Assembly: GCA_951406725.2 (NCBI GenBank)
Contig: OX597820.1
Coordinates: 55,056,001 to 55,120,000, forward strand
DNA from: Octopus vulgaris
Lineage: Eukaryota
DNA length: 64,000 nt
Direction of reading: 5' to 3'
Shown: positions 60,771-64,000 of the stretch, in pieces
Position numbering within the stretch: the stretch's first letter is position 1
How the letters are laid out: every line of letters starts with the position of its first letter
Position numbers and translations under genes: made by a program
Notes under the pieces: generated by a model
What the model was told of the DNA's origin: nothing
The model's input: only the letters and a program-made list of their open reading frames with translations
Database searches by the model: none

Positions 60771-63448
60771 AAGGTCAGAAAAGTTGAGTCATGTCTAAGA
60801 CTTAAAAGTGTAACACAGCATCAGAACTTAACCATTTACACTATATTCACTAATTGAACACCTTGACCACTCAACTACTACTGACATAGTTATAAGTAAA
60901 CACTGATTTTCTTACATATGAATGACACTGCAAATCTGTATCAGGAGAAGAAACAAGAGGTTATCTTGACTATCTTTTTGAAAGACTTTAAAGCCATTGG
61001 TGATGTTGAACCCCTATCTATATATCAAAACCAAATCAGAGCACAATATGTTGGAATCTTAGCTCTAGAAATGCAAAAGAAGAAATAGTGAAATAGTTTT
61101 AAAGGCACAGGTGTGGCTGTGTGATTAAAAAGCTTGCATCCCAACCATGTGGTCATGGGTTCAGTCCCACTTCATGGCATCTTGGGTAAGTGTCTTCTGC
61201 TATAGCGCCAGTCTGATCACAGCCTTATGAGTGGATTTAGTAGACGGAAACTGAAAGAACCTGTCATATATGTGTATGAGTGTGTGTGTATCCTTGTCTA
61301 GACATTATGCAATGGTTGTAAATGAGCCTTATTTTCCTGCAAATGAGATTGTTTGTTTCAACTATTCCATGAAAAACATGTCTAGCTTTGGAAAAATATT
61401 ACTTTGCTTGAAAACAGGTAATGCTGACATGAACAGCGTCTGCCCTCAACAAATTATGTCTAACCCATAAAAGTAGATTTTAAATAATGATAAGGAAAAG
61501 GGTGATAATAGAATATAGCTGGGTATATTAGTAGGATAAAACAAGAACTAATAAAATAGAGTGAAAATTAATGAGATAGAATGATTACCAGCAAGATAGA
61601 ACAAAAGACCCAGTGAAACGGAAAGAGAACTAGTGAAAGTCATTTTTTTTTAGTTTCCCCTGAAGGGATACATATAACAGTAGATTTTGCATTGTTAGCT
61701 TTTCTATGGCAGAGTAAGCTACACAGCTTGTTTATTTGAAATCTTCCTGGAATGTCCAATGCCAGTTGTTTTTCAGGCCAGTCCATTTCTCATTTTTGTC
61801 CTGATGCCTACTTGACTGTTACTTTATTTATCAACTCTAGGGAGAATGAAAACCTAAGCTGATGTTGGTGTGATTTGAATTCAGCATGCAAAAAGCTAGA
61901 ACTGTAACTACAAGGCATTTGTCTGACATCTCTAATGATTCTGACAATCAGCCACCTTTCAAACAATAGTAGTAACTAAAAATATGGATTTCTTATATTT
62001 TAACTGATTTATTAACACTGCAAGCCAAACCAGGAGTCAAGGATACACTTATCCATTTAATAGTTCTGGAGAGAACATAGACCAATTACATTCAGGACAA
62101 CTAGACAAGAGGTCAGAAGTTCATGTCTTGCAGTCGACAGTGCATATCTTTGTAGCCAAGACCTATGTAACAATAAGGTACAGTTTACCTAACTGTAAGT
62201 AGGTACCACAGTGAGGTACAATCCACTAACTTTATGTATCATAATAACCTACAGGTAAGTATAATCCATTTAGCTGTGAAATTTAATGAACCTAGCTGTA
62301 AACATCTCAAGACTTAGCTCTGTGTAGTATCAGAGTTATATCTCTCTCTTCTTCAGTAGCCATTCTTCCAACTGTTAATCTACTGACCGACTGCATCATC
62401 TCTAATCTTTTTCTTTACTATCACTGACATCCATGAACCCCGGCCCATTATTGTAAACAACACATACTTCAACCTGATTTTCAAACATTTTTCTTCAACC
62501 TGATTTTCAAACATACATCATACTTACCCATGAGATCCAGTTTATCTAGTCTAATAATCATTACTGATATGGACCAACTGGAATGCTAAAGTTTCAAAAC
62601 TTGTCACTTCTGTGTCTTTATCAGATAACTAGATGACATATTTATCCTGCTGACAAAGAGCAGGCTACAAAGAAAAGTATATTTGATAACAAGATAATAA
62701 ACATTAACGTTTTATCAACAAGTGAGTTGCACTTAATAGAGATGTCCCAGTGACATTGTTCACAAAAGTTTTACTTCATTTGGAGCCAATGGTCAGCTAC
62801 CAGTTGATGTTGGGAGTGGAAATATCAAAAATGAAAACAGTTGTAGAACAGTCATGAATGCAACTTTTTTAATGCCATTGGAAGTTTATCATAGCCTCCC
62901 AAAGAATTATAGAAATCATGAGTAACTTTCTGAATATACTATCCTAGCTCCCAAAAATTGTATTATGTAGGATATTAATATTACCACCATTTAATATCCC
63001 AGTCCTGAAGGTGATGTTAATGACACTACCAACTATCCAAAAGAGTTTCAAAGCCACCTCATGATCTGCAACTGAATGTAAGAACACCTATTATGTTACT
63101 ATGAAATTTGGATGCACCAAAATACTGTTATGGGTCAAAAATAATCAAAACTCTTTATGTCTCATGTGATTGAAGCCACTAATTAGGAAGGTTGTGCTAA
63201 GGAAGATGTTACCGTTCCATTCATTTCCAACAGATTTACTATTTCAGTTCAAGTGCCTTCAATTTCCAGTGATGCTGTCTTTTTCCATAACCATCAAGTT
63301 CATGCTTATAACATGGTTAGCATGCTCACATATTAGGCATAGCAGACATCTTATAATCAAAGCTCCAAATTGTAGAAATGCTGTCTATCTCAAATTCTTG
63401 CTGAATAAAACATATTTGGAGCTACTTTTGTTTTATGTTGGATATTAA

Positions 63449-63667
63449 CCCTTCAGCATTAAGATTACTGTCAAATATAATGCTTATTTATTCACATTGT
63501 TTTAAGTCAATCATATATTACTTTGTAGCTTCAAGATTTTGATTGATGAAATTGTATATTTTTAGAATGACATTGTAGGGTAGATGTGAGAGGCTAGATC
63601 TGTCCAGTTTGAACATAAAACAGATAGAATATTTGACCTGGGTATGGCCAATTTGAATGCTAAAGGG
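63449..63667. mobile_element. piggyBac-type MITE, second family
   Basis: TTAA|cccttcagcatt ... aatgctaaaggg|TTAA, a 12-bp TIR with 1 mismatch and TTAA on both sides. Confidence 0.8.
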
Positions 63668-63939
63668 TTAATTTAGAATTTCAATAAAATAAAGTAAAAT
63701 ATAATGATGGTATTTTATTAAGTCAAAAAAATGATTAACAAAAGCAGACTCAAAAACTACATACATCTCAGAAGCCTGAAAAAATTTAACTTTAGACATA
63801 TATCTGCATTAATGTGTGTGTGTGCAAACACAATTAAGTACATAAATAGCTATGTACTACAGAAAAACTTGCCATAAGTAATTTAACAAATAATGTTCCT
63901 GCATCTCCAGCACATGGGCAATGCCAGATACCTTTGCTA

Positions 63940-63988
<49 letters not shown>

Positions 63989-64000
63989 AGAGCACATGGC

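Overview
This is AT-rich, repeat-dense animal DNA. The SINE families and long (TA)n tracts suggest an octopus or other coleoid cephalopod (inference). The only intact protein-coding content is the 3' part of a + strand RUFY1/RUFY2-type gene (RUN and FYVE domain protein). Five GT-AG exons (16621-16707, 33130-33259, 38388-38482, 49559-49685, 52249-52386) splice in one frame and encode the second coiled coil and a complete FYVE zinc finger. The 5' exons appear to lie upstream of the window. The introns and downstream flank hold decayed mobile DNA: a Helitron PIF1 relic, a Penelope-like RT/GIY-YIG relic, Tc1 and mariner elements with TIRs, hAT/piggyBac/pogo-type MITEs, an RTE LINE fragment, several SINE families and a decayed 28S rRNA fragment. 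Two observations stand out. The first is a cluster of frame-preserving phase-2/2 candidate cassette exons around the coiled-coil exon, including an 18-nt microexon with UGC motifs at its 3' splice site. The second is a set of minimal hammerhead-ribozyme folds in Penelope-type terminal repeats, one inside a perfect 123-bp inverted repeat. The long ORFs at 39.5-40.3 kb and 44.2-46.7 kb are microsatellite artefacts. All family assignments come from remembered motifs, not database searches, and repeat boundaries are approximate unless TIRs or TSDs are quoted.
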